A stretch of 32,839 bases of DNA from Candidatus Geothermincolales bacterium. Its GTDB lineage: Bacteria; Actinomycetota; Geothermincolia; Geothermincolales; RBG-13-55-18. Position numbers and translations under genes: made by a program. The notes below the pieces were generated by a model. It was not told the origin of the DNA, made no database searches, and worked only from the letters and a program-made list of their open reading frames with translations. The stretch lies in the NCBI GenBank assembly GCA_037478635.1, contig JBBFMI010000002.1, positions 1 to 32,839 of the forward strand, read 5' to 3'. This document shows positions 16,737 to 26,324 of this stretch, in pieces (position 1 is the first letter of the stretch; each line of letters opens with the position of its first letter).

Positions 16737-17078
16737 ATGATGAGCTACTGGGATTGCGTTGAATACCGTATTCGACACGGGGTTCTGGAGCTGATAGCTG
16801 GGCTTGCCCTCCTGAAGGTGGAGGGAGTCAAGGGCGCCGGCTTGAGGGCTGGACAGGGCGATGAACGTCCCAAGCGGAAAAATATCACCAGGGGCATAAG
16901 GGCTCATGTGGAAGAGGGGAAGATAACCCTTTTTCTTCAGGTTTACGCGGACTTCGAGGCTGAGTTCCTGTCTGTGGCCGAAACCGTGCAACAGAAGGTG
17001 AAAGAAGCGGTTGAGGGGATGACCGGGTTGCCTGTGGTTGCGGTGGACGTGGAGGTCGTGGGGGTGAACGCGCCATAG
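16737..17078 (+). CDS. Asp23/Gls24 family (alkaline shock-like) protein
   Basis: The pattern VLELIAGLALLKVEGVKG ... ITLFLQVYADFEAEFLSVAETVQQKVKEAVEGMTGLPVVAVDVEVVGV is typical of Asp23-family proteins. Its position directly upstream of nusB matches yqhY-nusB in Firmicutes. Start is uncertain (ATG 16737, GTG 16734 or TTG 16692). Confidence 0.7.
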   Translation: MMSYWDCVEYRIRHGVLELIAGLALLKVEGVKGAGLRAGQGDERPKRKNITRGIRAHVEEGKITLFLQVYADFEAEFLSVAETVQQKVKEAVEGMTGLPVVAVDVEVVGVNAP

Positions 17079-17086
17079 AACGGAGC

Positions 17087-17602
17087 ATGCAATCATTTGC
17101 CAGACGCACGCTGGCAAGGAAAGTCGCCTGTGACATCCTCTATCAGATAGAGATAAAGGGCGATGGGCTCGAACAGGTATTGAGGGATTTTCAGCCCCTG
17201 TTGAGGGAGGGCGTGGAGGAGATAGAGCTACCTCCCGGTGGAATCCCCGAGTTCTCCCTGGAACTGGTAAGGGCCTACTTTTCTCACCGCGAAGAGATTG
17301 ACGACCTTATAGAGAGATATTCCGAGGGATGGACCCTTCAACGCATGCCCATGGTGGACCGCAACCTTTTGCGGTTGGGCTTTGCAGAGCTCCTGTATTT
17401 TCCGGATATTCCAGTGAGCGTTACCATCAACGAATACCTGGAATTGGCAAAGGTGTTCTCGACCAGCGATTCGAGGAGGTTCATAAACGGGGTTATGGGT
17501 AGCCTGGTAAAAGACAGGTGCATCGTGAAGGCGGAAGGAGACGAAGTCCAAGAAGGGCGTTCCGGTGATGAGTCTCAAGATAGGGTGGATGGATCGGAGT
17601 GA
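17087..17602 (+). CDS. nusB: Transcription antitermination factor NusB
   Basis: RRTLARKVACDILYQIE N-terminus and FINGVMGSL near the C-terminus, followed by an acidic tail of about 25 aa not typical of NusB. Confidence 0.85.
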   Translation: MQSFARRTLARKVACDILYQIEIKGDGLEQVLRDFQPLLREGVEEIELPPGGIPEFSLELVRAYFSHREEIDDLIERYSEGWTLQRMPMVDRNLLRLGFAELLYFPDIPVSVTINEYLELAKVFSTSDSRRFINGVMGSLVKDRCIVKAEGDEVQEGRSGDESQDRVDGSE

Positions 17603-17695
17603 GCGCTGAAGCATGACCGGAACGGGATTCCTGGGGAAGGAGAAAAGGGGATAAGTCGTCGAATTATTTTTAGAGCGATATCAAGAGAGGAAGGT

Positions 17696-17730
17696 CGCCT
17701 TTAAATCAGTCCAGTGAGGCTGATAAGGTG
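17696..17730 (+). promoter_or_regulatory. PyrR-binding (anti-antiterminator) RNA hairpin in the pyr leader
   Basis: AGUCCAGUGAGGCUG at 17708-17722 matches the PyrR binding-loop consensus (A-R-UCCAGAGAGG-Y-U) with one substitution. It is presented on stem ATCAG/CUGAU, stacked via a UAA bulge on lower stem CGCCUU/AAGGUG. Confidence 0.6.
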
Positions 17731-17755
17731 GTGTTGAAGGTGAAGAAAAAGATTT

Positions 17756-18400
<645 letters not shown>

Positions 18401-18430
18401 AGAGTTCGACCTGTTTGAAAGGCGGTAAGG

Positions 18431-19363
18431 ATGTTCCGTAACAGAGGGAAAAGAGACCTTTTAGACGTTGACCAGCTCGATCGGGCTGAGATCGAATCCC
18501 TTCTGGAGTCCGCGGAGGCTTTCGAGGAAGTATTGAGAAGACCTATCAAGAAAGTCCCGGCGTTGAGGGGAAAGACGGTGGTCAACCTCTTTTACGAGCC
18601 ATCCACCCGAACTCGCATGTCATTTGAGCTAGCGGCCAAAAGCCTGAGCGCCGACGTATTGAATTTCTCTGCCTCCTCTTCCAGCGTGGAGAAAGGAGAA
18701 AGCCTCAAAGACACGGGCCTTACGGTGCAGGCGATGGGGGCGGACGCCCTGGTGGTTAGGCACCCCATGGCAGGTGCTCCGGACAAGCTGGCGGAATGGT
18801 TGGACATCCCGGTGATAAATGCTGGAGACGGCATGCATGCACATCCAACCCAGGCACTCCTGGACATATACGTCATGAGAAAAAGGTTGGGCGCATTGGA
18901 GGGAAAGAGGGTGACCTTTGTTGGGGATATACTCCATTCAAGGGTGGCCAGGTCGGGGATAAAGGCCTGCTCGATGATGGGGATGGAAGTGGCGGTCGCC
19001 GCACCTCCCACCTTCCTGCCGGATTGGTTGCCCTCTGGGGTAGAGGTTTTTTATCGATTGGATGACGTCCTGAGGGATTCTCACGTGATATACCTCCTCA
19101 GGATCCAGCGGGAAAGGCAGGTGCAGGGTTTTCTCCCCTCCTTGGAGGAATACGTCCACTTTTTCCAACTGAACGAGGAAAGGCTGGGAAAGGCAAGGCC
19201 AGACGTTTTGGTCATGCACCCTGGACCCATGAACAGGGGGGTGGAGATAACCCCTAAGGTGGCAGAAAGCCCCCAGAGCCTCGTGGATTACCAGGTCACA
19301 TGCGGTGTGGCGGTGAGGATGGCGATCCTGTTCCTCCTCCTCGGTGGATCGGGAGGTGCATGA
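18431..19363 (+). CDS. pyrB: Aspartate carbamoyltransferase catalytic subunit
   Basis: 310 aa with FYEPSTRTRMSFELAA, HPTQALLD and HPGPMNRGVE motifs. Confidence 0.95.
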   Translation: MFRNRGKRDLLDVDQLDRAEIESLLESAEAFEEVLRRPIKKVPALRGKTVVNLFYEPSTRTRMSFELAAKSLSADVLNFSASSSSVEKGESLKDTGLTVQAMGADALVVRHPMAGAPDKLAEWLDIPVINAGDGMHAHPTQALLDIYVMRKRLGALEGKRVTFVGDILHSRVARSGIKACSMMGMEVAVAAPPTFLPDWLPSGVEVFYRLDDVLRDSHVIYLLRIQRERQVQGFLPSLEEYVHFFQLNEERLGKARPDVLVMHPGPMNRGVEITPKVAESPQSLVDYQVTCGVAVRMAILFLLLGGSGGA

Positions 19364-19366
19364 GGA

Positions 19367-20677
19367 GTGTCGGAGATACTCATCCGCGGCGGCAGGGTGA
19401 TAGATCCCTTCTCATCTAGTAGTTTTTCGGCCGACTTGCTCATAAGGGAAGGAAGGATCGTCTCCATTTCCCGGGGCATTGCCAGGAATGGCTTTAAAGT
19501 CTGGGAGGCGGATGGGAAGTATATATTTCCCGGTTTTCTCGACCTTCACGCCCACTTGAGGGAGCCGGGAGGGGAGGAGGCCGAGGACCTGGAAAGCGGG
19601 TTGATGGCGGCGGTAAGGGGAGGTTATACCGCCGTGTGCTGCATGCCGAACACGGAACCTCCCCTGGACCACCCGGAGCTGGTGGATGCCCTTTACCTGA
19701 AAGCAAGGTCGATGGGAATGGCCGACCTGTTTCCCGTGGGTTGTATAACCCGTGGCAGGAAGGGACGGGAACTAGCTGACATGGGGCTTCTTAATTCCAG
19801 CTTGGCCCGGGTGAGGGCGTTTTCCGATGACGGGGATTGCGTGATGGACTCCGGGTTGATGAGGAGGGCCCTGAGGTATTCCCGGGCGCTGGGCACCGTG
19901 ATCATTTCCCACCCCGAGGACAGCGCCCTCAGCAGCAACGGACAGGTAAACGAGGGGAAGGTCTCTTATCGATTGGGTTTGCGGGGTATTCCCTCTCTGG
20001 CAGAAGAAGTCATGGTGGCCAGGGATATCCTGCTGGCCGAGGAAACCGGGGCCAGATTGCATCTGGCCCACGTGAGTACCGCCCGTAGCGTGCGGTTGAT
20101 CAGGGAGGCAAAGGAACGGGGAGTGCCGGTGACGGCGGAGGCAACCCCACATCACCTTATTCTTACCGAGGAAGACATACCTGGTTATGACGCCAATTTC
20201 AAGGTCAAACCTCCCTTGAGGACCAAGGAGGACGTGGAGGCGCTCAGGGAGGCACTGGCAGACGGGACCATTGATGCCGTGGCCACAGACCATGCGCCTC
20301 ACACATTGCAGAGCAAGGAACAAGAATTCGATTATGCCCCCTTCGGGATATCTGGCCTGGAGACCTCTTTTTCCCTTCTTTACACGGAACTGGTGCTGAA
20401 GGGAGAGCTTAGCCTGGAGGAGCTGGTGGGCCTTTTTACATCGGGACCTGCCCGCGTTTTGGACCTTTCCCCTCCCTTGTACGGGGGAGAGTTTGTGGAG
20501 GGCAGGGTGGCAGACCTGGTGATCTTCGATCCCCAGGCAAGCTGGACGATCGATCCATCACGATTCGCCTCCAAGGGCAAGAACACACCTTTTGCGGGGA
20601 AGGAGGTCAAGGGAAAGGTGGTGGGAGTGCTTAAGGGGGGAAGGATTGTTTACGAAGACGAAGCACTATGCGAGTGA
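19367..20677 (+). CDS. pyrC: Dihydroorotase
   Basis: 436 aa with metal-binding DLHAHLREPG (HxH) and ATDHAPH, and an amidohydrolase fold pattern. GTG start lies 3 nt after the pyrB stop. Confidence 0.9.
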   Translation: MSEILIRGGRVIDPFSSSSFSADLLIREGRIVSISRGIARNGFKVWEADGKYIFPGFLDLHAHLREPGGEEAEDLESGLMAAVRGGYTAVCCMPNTEPPLDHPELVDALYLKARSMGMADLFPVGCITRGRKGRELADMGLLNSSLARVRAFSDDGDCVMDSGLMRRALRYSRALGTVIISHPEDSALSSNGQVNEGKVSYRLGLRGIPSLAEEVMVARDILLAEETGARLHLAHVSTARSVRLIREAKERGVPVTAEATPHHLILTEEDIPGYDANFKVKPPLRTKEDVEALREALADGTIDAVATDHAPHTLQSKEQEFDYAPFGISGLETSFSLLYTELVLKGELSLEELVGLFTSGPARVLDLSPPLYGGEFVEGRVADLVIFDPQASWTIDPSRFASKGKNTPFAGKEVKGKVVGVLKGGRIVYEDEALCE

Positions 20678-20790
20678 TGATATGGGCGGGTCAGGTTTGG
20701 ACTTATTAGCGGGGACAGATAGTGTCTGTTTTTCATGGAGCCTCGTCCCCGTTAAAGGAGGGTCCGTAAACGGAGGGAGGTAGACGGGGG

Positions 20791-22569
20791 ATGGCCGAGA
20801 AAGAAAGAGTGTTGTTGATGGGGGCGGGGATGACCTTCCCAGATGCTTCCCTTTCGGGCCGGGTTACACTGGGATACGCCAAGGCCCTTGTCGACTTGGG
20901 ATACGAGGTTGTGCTGGCGGATGACCTTCCCCATCCAGACCTGGAAATGCTCCCCTCGCTTGGCATCCCGTTTTACATAGAACCCCTCACCCAAGGAACG
21001 GTCCGCAGGTTGGCGGAACTATTCGGCGCCCATTATCTGCTGTGGGAGCTGAGGGGTGGTATGCCATCGGTTCCCGGTTTTTCCTGGAAGGCTGGCGGAG
21101 AGGTAGATCCCTTCCGCCAGCTCGAAAGATGGAGATCAGCGCAAGAGTTAGGGCGTGGACCAACTTCCCTGACTGGGGGAAGAGCCACCGAAGAAGGTTG
21201 GGCAGCGGTGGCGTTTGACGGAGAAGAGGCGAAGCTTCTTGCGGCGTGTCTTCCGCCTGGCACCAGGAATCGGCAGGTCCAGCGGTCCATACTGGAAATT
21301 GCTCGGAAACTGGTCTGGCCAGGCGTGTGGGAGATGGAGCTGGAGTTGTCAAGAGGGATGGTCGTAGCCATCCTCGGAGTGCTGTCCAGGCCGGATCGCA
21401 TCTATGCCGTTACCGATGAAATAGGGGGCCTAGACCCGGCGAGCCTGCACCTCCGTCTTGTACTCGGCCTGAGGGCCTTGCCGGCCCGTTTAGAGAGCAT
21501 ATGGCTTGATGACGATGAACGGCTTTTAGGAAACCCCGGATTCTCGGAAATGGAGTCGGGGAACGGAGCGCATGGGATGCCCGATTCGGCTTTTCTCCAT
21601 CCCGAGGACGATGCGGTGATGGTCAAGGTGAGCTGTCTGCCCCTGGATGGGGAGCTCAAGTTGACGCTGTGGGAGGAACTGGAGGAGTCGGGCTTCGTGA
21701 ACGGGACGGGGCTTGCGGTGGCACCGCCTTGTGACCTCGGCAAGGACGTGGCGGTGGAGCTTCTCCGCAAAGCCGTGGAGCTTCTTCCTCGTCACCGGAG
21801 CCCAGTGACGATAAAAGCATTTCTCAGGGGAGGCAGTATCGATTTGGTCGGGCTGGAGGATGGAACACGGGATTGGCCCTTCTCGTTCTGGATAGACAGG
21901 ATATTCGGCTCTGCCAGGGTGGTCGCCGGTGGCATATCCATGGATGGTTACCTTTCCAGCTTGAACGGTAAGGGACCTTATCTCGCCAGGATACCGGCGC
22001 CAGTGGGAGAGCGAGGGAACACCTCGGACACAGGAATGCGGGGAGCGAGGAACGGAAGCTGGGGTTATCGCCTGGCAATGGGAAAGACGCTGGAAGAAGT
22101 CCTGGCCCGAGCTGTACATGCGCTTTACGAGGGGCGCTCCCCGGGACGAAAGGTGGTGCTCAGCGTGGCGGACAGGCAGAAGAGGGAACTCGTGGGACTG
22201 GCAAGGGAATTGGCCTCCATGGGTTACGCTTTCTATGCCACCGAGGGCACGGCGAGGGCCCTGAAGATGGTGGGGATAGAGGCTGAGAAGGTCAAGAAGT
22301 TGAAAGAGGGTTCTCCCAATATCTTGGACGTTCTGAGATCGGAGAGAGTGGACCTCGTGATCAACGTGCCCCGGGGGCACGGGCCGATGAGCGATGGTAG
22401 GTATATCCGGGAAGGGGCGGCTGCAGCATGTATCCCCTGTTTCACCAGGGTGCTTTCCGCCTGGTATCTGGTCCGGGGGATGAAAAACGCCGACCCGGAG
22501 ACGTGGGAGGCCATGCCTGTAGAATTATACAAGAGGGAGATCCATGACATCTCTTCCCTGGCGGGGTGA
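20791..22569 (+). CDS. Degenerate, shortened CarB-like protein with C-terminal MGS-like domain (probable pseudoenzyme)
   Basis: 592 aa. The N-terminus VLLMGAGMTFPDASLSGRVTLGYAKALVDLGYEVVLADD...FYIEPLT follows the CarB pre-ATP-grasp pattern but lacks the GQAxEFDYSG motif. The middle segment GVWEMELELSRGMVVAILGVLSRPDR aligns by eye with the CarB VQFA...IEVNPRxSR region, with the E/N metal ligands lost. The C-terminus GRKVVLSVADRQKRELVGLARELASMGYAFYATEGTARAL...VDLVINVP is a good MGS-like (CarB allosteric) domain. The reading frame is intact and overlaps the pyrK start by 26 nt. Confidence 0.6.
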   Translation: MAEKERVLLMGAGMTFPDASLSGRVTLGYAKALVDLGYEVVLADDLPHPDLEMLPSLGIPFYIEPLTQGTVRRLAELFGAHYLLWELRGGMPSVPGFSWKAGGEVDPFRQLERWRSAQELGRGPTSLTGGRATEEGWAAVAFDGEEAKLLAACLPPGTRNRQVQRSILEIARKLVWPGVWEMELELSRGMVVAILGVLSRPDRIYAVTDEIGGLDPASLHLRLVLGLRALPARLESIWLDDDERLLGNPGFSEMESGNGAHGMPDSAFLHPEDDAVMVKVSCLPLDGELKLTLWEELEESGFVNGTGLAVAPPCDLGKDVAVELLRKAVELLPRHRSPVTIKAFLRGGSIDLVGLEDGTRDWPFSFWIDRIFGSARVVAGGISMDGYLSSLNGKGPYLARIPAPVGERGNTSDTGMRGARNGSWGYRLAMGKTLEEVLARAVHALYEGRSPGRKVVLSVADRQKRELVGLARELASMGYAFYATEGTARALKMVGIEAEKVKKLKEGSPNILDVLRSERVDLVINVPRGHGPMSDGRYIREGAAAACIPCFTRVLSAWYLVRGMKNADPETWEAMPVELYKREIHDISSLAG

Positions 22570-23374
22570 CATTAGGGCCGAGGTGGAGGCCATCAGATCC
22601 CTTGGTACGTGGAGCGAACTCACGTTAAGCCTCAGTCCTCCCCTGGTGGCGGAGCCTGGTCAGTTCGTCCACGTTTATTGTGATGGAAATCGCATATTGA
22701 GAAGGCCTTTCAGTATATTCGGCCTTGAGGAAGAGGGAAAACGCCTCAAGCTGTTGGTAAAGCCAAGGGGAGGAGGATCCACCTGGCTCGTGAGTCGAAA
22801 GGTGGGTGAAGGGATAGACCTGATAGGTCCCCTGGGCAGGGGATTCCCCCTTCAAGGAAAAAGGGTTGCCTTGGTTGCTGGTGGTATCGGGATAGCGCCC
22901 CTTGCCTACCTGGCCAAACGCCTACGGGATTCGGGATGTCAGGTGTCCATCTTCTGGGGATTGTCGGAGCTGGATGAGGCGGGAAGCCTTCCCCATGAGC
23001 TGGGAAGGGAATGCGAGCTCTATCTATCCGTGGAAAAAAATTTGTGGCCCGAGAAGGGACCCGCATGTGCCAGGGCCGTGAACGTGGGCACGGTCCTTGA
23101 CCTTTTTAGCCGCTACCAGGGAAATTTCGACGTCGTGTATGCATGCGGACCCCGCAGTATGTATGTCGAATGGTTTAAGGATTTGAGCAAGGTGCCCTCG
23201 GTCCCGGTCTATCTTTCTTGGGAGGAGAGGATGGCATGCGGTATAGGTGCGTGCCTGGGTTGCTCCGTGCCGGTGCGGGGCGCAGGGAGGCTTTACGCGA
23301 GGGCTTGCAGGGAAGGCCCCGTTTTCCTATGTGACGAGATCGATTGGGAAAGGGTGGATACTATTGGGCCCTGA
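22544..23374 (+). CDS. pyrK: Dihydroorotate dehydrogenase (class 1B) electron-transfer subunit
   Basis: 276 aa with FAD motif RRPFSI, NAD-domain VALVAGGIGIAPL and C-terminal 2Fe-2S motif CGIGACLGCSV. Confidence 0.85.
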   Translation: MTSLPWRGDIRAEVEAIRSLGTWSELTLSLSPPLVAEPGQFVHVYCDGNRILRRPFSIFGLEEEGKRLKLLVKPRGGGSTWLVSRKVGEGIDLIGPLGRGFPLQGKRVALVAGGIGIAPLAYLAKRLRDSGCQVSIFWGLSELDEAGSLPHELGRECELYLSVEKNLWPEKGPACARAVNVGTVLDLFSRYQGNFDVVYACGPRSMYVEWFKDLSKVPSVPVYLSWEERMACGIGACLGCSVPVRGAGRLYARACREGPVFLCDEIDWERVDTIGP

Positions 23375-23375
23375 G

Positions 23376-24338
23376 GTGGACTTGAGGGTAAAGTTGGGGA
23401 CCATTGAGCTTCCCAACCCGGTGCTGGTCTGTTCCGGGACCTTCGGATGCGGGAGGGAATACTCCGAGTGGATGGAACTGGGGAGGCTCGGAGGCCTGGT
23501 AACCAAGTCTGTTACGCCTGAACCGGTACCGGGGAACCCACCACCGCGCCTCTGGGAGACACCCTGTGGACTCCTCAATTCAATAGGGTGGGAGAACGGA
23601 GGCCTGGACCAGTTCTTGGAGGAGGAGCTTCCCTTCTTGAGGGACCTGGGCATTCCGGTCATAGTCAGCGTGGCCGGCTTCACTCACCGCGATTACCTCA
23701 CGGTGTCCACCAGGCTCTCCGAGGAGGATAGCGTGGCGGCGCTGGAGATCAACCTGTCATGTCCTAATGTGGAAAGGGGAGGACTTTCCTTCTGCCACTG
23801 TCCTGACGAGGCCTCCGCTTTGGTGGGGGAGATAAAGGAAAGGGTGGGAAAACCTGTCCTGGTCAAGTTGTCTTATCGCGTGAGCGGTCTGCCCTCCCTC
23901 TGCAGGCTCATGGAGGAGGCGGGAGCAGACGGCATAAGCCTTATAAACAGCTTGCCCGCCATGGCCATCGACCCCGAGACTGCCCTGCCCAGGCTCGGTA
24001 ACGTGACCGGCGGGCTTTCTGGTCCTGCCATCCATCCCCTTGCAGTGCTCGCGGTGTGGGAGGCCTATGCTTCCACGTCCCTTCCCATAGTGGGTATGGG
24101 CGGCATCTGGGGTTGGGAGGATGCAGTGGAGTTTATCCTGGCGGGGGCGACGGCTGTGGGGGTGGGAACGCTTAATTTCAGGGATCCGCGAGGATCTCTG
24201 AGGGTCCTGGATGGGATAAGGGAATACCTGGTCCGTAAGGGATACTGTCGCGTAGAGGACCTGGTGGGGATGGCCCACCGGCGGTTAAAAGGCTGGAAAA
24301 AGGAAAGAGCCGGGAAAGGGCTTGAGAGTCGAGAGTGA
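23376..24338 (+). CDS. pyrD: Dihydroorotate dehydrogenase catalytic subunit (class 1B)
   Basis: LPNPVLVCSGTFG, GGLVTKSVT and LEINLSCPN (active-site Cys) motifs. Start placed at GTG 23376, 1 nt after the pyrK stop; the track ORF from 23247 overlaps pyrK in another frame. Confidence 0.9.
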   Translation: MDLRVKLGTIELPNPVLVCSGTFGCGREYSEWMELGRLGGLVTKSVTPEPVPGNPPPRLWETPCGLLNSIGWENGGLDQFLEEELPFLRDLGIPVIVSVAGFTHRDYLTVSTRLSEEDSVAALEINLSCPNVERGGLSFCHCPDEASALVGEIKERVGKPVLVKLSYRVSGLPSLCRLMEEAGADGISLINSLPAMAIDPETALPRLGNVTGGLSGPAIHPLAVLAVWEAYASTSLPIVGMGGIWGWEDAVEFILAGATAVGVGTLNFRDPRGSLRVLDGIREYLVRKGYCRVEDLVGMAHRRLKGWKKERAGKGLESRE

Positions 24339-24380
24339 CGACGTGTTCCCGTGGTCGATGGGAGCGAACTGGAGCGGGAG

Positions 24381-25112
24381 ATGGAACGGAAAAATATCGA
24401 GACCAGCGATCCCCTGATAGTCGCCCTCGATTTTCCGTCGGTGGCGGAGACCATGTCTTTCCTACACAGGGTAGGAGACAGGATCAGATGGGTGAAAGTG
24501 GGGTTGGAGGTTTTCGTGAGAGGCGGTCTTCCCCTGGTCAGGGAGATCAAGAACAGGGGATATTCCGTGTTCCTGGATCTGAAGCTCCACGATATACCCA
24601 ACACGGTGGCGGGAGCGTTACGGGGGCTCATGGAATTGGATGTGGATATGGTCTCGGTTCACGTGATGGGCGGGAAGAAGATGTTGGACGAGGCGGTCAG
24701 GGTGGTCCGGGAACTGGGAGAAGAAGCACCCTTGTTGGTGGGGGTAACGGTGCTGACCAGCCTTGATCGGGAGGATCTGGTGGGGATGGGTTTACCGGCA
24801 GACCCCCGTGAACAGGTGCTTTTGCTCGCGAGGCTTGCCAGGAGTTGTGGCCTTGATGGAGTCGTATGTTCCCCGCAAGAGGTGGCAGACGTGAGGGCGT
24901 TGACGGGAGAGGATTTCTTACTGGTGGTCCCGGGAATCCGCTGGGAAGAAGGAGAGATAGGCGACCAGGCCAGATTCTCGTCCCCCGGGAACGCTTTGAG
25001 GCAAGGGGCTGATTTCTTGGTAGTGGGAAGGCCCATAACCGGGTCGCCCGATCCACTGGGGGCAATAGAAAGGATTTACAAAGAGGCGGAGGATGCCAGG
25101 GGTAAAAGATGA
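24381..25112 (+). CDS. pyrF: Orotidine 5'-phosphate decarboxylase
   Basis: LIVALDFP, VKVGLE and FLDLKLHDIPNTV motifs. Start is ATG 24381; GTG 24351 is possible. Confidence 0.9.
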   Translation: MERKNIETSDPLIVALDFPSVAETMSFLHRVGDRIRWVKVGLEVFVRGGLPLVREIKNRGYSVFLDLKLHDIPNTVAGALRGLMELDVDMVSVHVMGGKKMLDEAVRVVRELGEEAPLLVGVTVLTSLDREDLVGMGLPADPREQVLLLARLARSCGLDGVVCSPQEVADVRALTGEDFLLVVPGIRWEEGEIGDQARFSSPGNALRQGADFLVVGRPITGSPDPLGAIERIYKEAEDARGKR

Positions 25113-25262
25113 GAACAGGAGACGGTGACGCGGCAAGGCATAGTCTTTAGCTGCATAGAAGCCTGAAAAGGGGGTAATATTATTATGGCTCTGGCTGCAT
25201 TGATCCCGTTTTCAGTGGATTAGGGTTTAGGCTCATTTTTTTCGCGAGAGAAAGGGAGAGAG

Positions 25263-25835
25263 ATGAACCCGTGGGAAGTCATGGATATCCTCCAGGAGAG
25301 AGGGGCAGTAGAGAAAGGCCATTTCGGGCTGTCTTCCGGGCTGCACAGCGATACTTATGTCCAATGCGCCAAAGTCTTGCAGTATCCCCATCTGGCCGAG
25401 AGCCTGGCCGATGCCATTGCGTCATCCTTCCGGGATGAACCGTTGGATCTGGTGGCTAGCCCGGCCATGGGAGCGGTGATCCTGGGCTACATGGTCGCCC
25501 TATCGTTGGGAAAGAGGATGATCTTTGCGGAAAGGGTCAACGATAGGTTGACCTTCCGCAGGGGCCTTAAGGTGCAGAAGGGTGAGAAGGTCTTGTTGGT
25601 GGAGGACGTCATCACCACGGGAAGCTCCCTCAGGGAACTGATGGAACTTGTGAAGGGGGAAGGAGGTGAAGTGCTGGGAATAGGTGCACTGATTGAAAGG
25701 GGAGAAGGTGAGGATTTCGGGGTCAAGAAGAGAACGCTGGTGCAGCTGAAGGCTGATGTGTGGAAGCCCGAGGAGTGCCCCCTTTGTGCCAGGGGCTTGC
25801 CTTTGGAGGTTCCCGGGAGCAGAGGACTCCATTGA
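25263..25835 (+). CDS. pyrE: Orotate phosphoribosyltransferase
   Basis: 190 aa with PRPP-binding motif VLLVEDVITTGSS. AGGGAGAGAG RBS. Confidence 0.9.
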   Translation: MNPWEVMDILQERGAVEKGHFGLSSGLHSDTYVQCAKVLQYPHLAESLADAIASSFRDEPLDLVASPAMGAVILGYMVALSLGKRMIFAERVNDRLTFRRGLKVQKGEKVLLVEDVITTGSSLRELMELVKGEGGEVLGIGALIERGEGEDFGVKKRTLVQLKADVWKPEECPLCARGLPLEVPGSRGLH

Positions 25836-25964
25836 GGGATTGACCGCCGGGGCTTTCTTGAGCGAATATGCTGGTGGATGAGGGGGTAGAAAGCGTTTAT
25901 ACTTATGGGAGCTTACAGTTATCCCGAGGGCAGAGGGAAAGACCTGATAGAAGGAGGGTGAAAG

Positions 25965-26282
25965 ATGGCTAACAGACCGCTCCCGACACTCTCAGAGGAA
26001 CAGCGCAAGGCGGCACTGGAGAAGGCAGCCAAGATGCGGAAGGAACGGGCCGAGATAAAGAAGAAGCTGAAGGCAGGGAAGCTCAAGGTTTCCGATATCC
26101 TTAAAAAGGCCAACGACGAACTTTACGGGAAGATGACGGTCAAATCGGTCCTGGAATCCCTTCCCGGGATAGGCAAGGTGAGGGCCGCTAAGATCATGGA
26201 GGAGATCGGGATAAGCGAGAACCGCCGCATAAAGGGCTTGGGCCCCAACCAGGTAAAGGAGCTCAAAGAGCGCTTCGGATGA
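25965..26282 (+). CDS. mihF: Actinobacterial-type integration host factor (mIHF/sIHF)
   Basis: 105 aa. LSEEQRKAALEKAAKMRKERAEIKKKLKAGK...LESLPGIGKVRAAKIMEEIGISENRRIKGLGPNQVKELKERFG closely follows the mIHF pattern I recall from Mycobacterium and Streptomyces. It sits immediately upstream of gmk, as in those genomes. Confidence 0.85.
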   Translation: MANRPLPTLSEEQRKAALEKAAKMRKERAEIKKKLKAGKLKVSDILKKANDELYGKMTVKSVLESLPGIGKVRAAKIMEEIGISENRRIKGLGPNQVKELKERFG

Positions 26283-26324
26283 TAATCGCCCTGGTGGACT
26301 AAAACCGGGAAGAACATATTCTAT

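Noticed and set aside
16530-17117. 195-aa minus-strand ORF overlapping the efp 3' end, the Asp23-like gene and the nusB start
   Set aside because: It spans three plus-strand genes and an intergenic hairpin and has no motif support. The Asp23-like reading on the plus strand fits the conserved yqhY-nusB context.
21526-22380. 284-aa minus-strand ORF inside the CarB-like gene
   Set aside because: The plus-strand frame carries a clear MGS-like domain and CarB-like N-terminus. The minus-strand product is Arg/His/Pro-rich with no domain pattern. I considered it because the plus-strand gene is degenerate, but the composition argues against it.
20791-22569. Treating the CarB-like ORF as an ordinary decaying pseudogene
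   Set aside because: This is not adopted as the sole explanation, because the 592-codon frame has no internal stops or visible frameshifts. It keeps a well-preserved MGS-like domain and is coupled to pyrK by a 26-nt overlap. Decay cannot be excluded without comparative data.
24065-24631. 188-aa minus-strand ORF spanning the pyrD/pyrF junction
   Set aside because: It is antisense to two genes with canonical motifs. Its composition is Ser/Arg/Thr/Pro-rich, so it is judged spurious.
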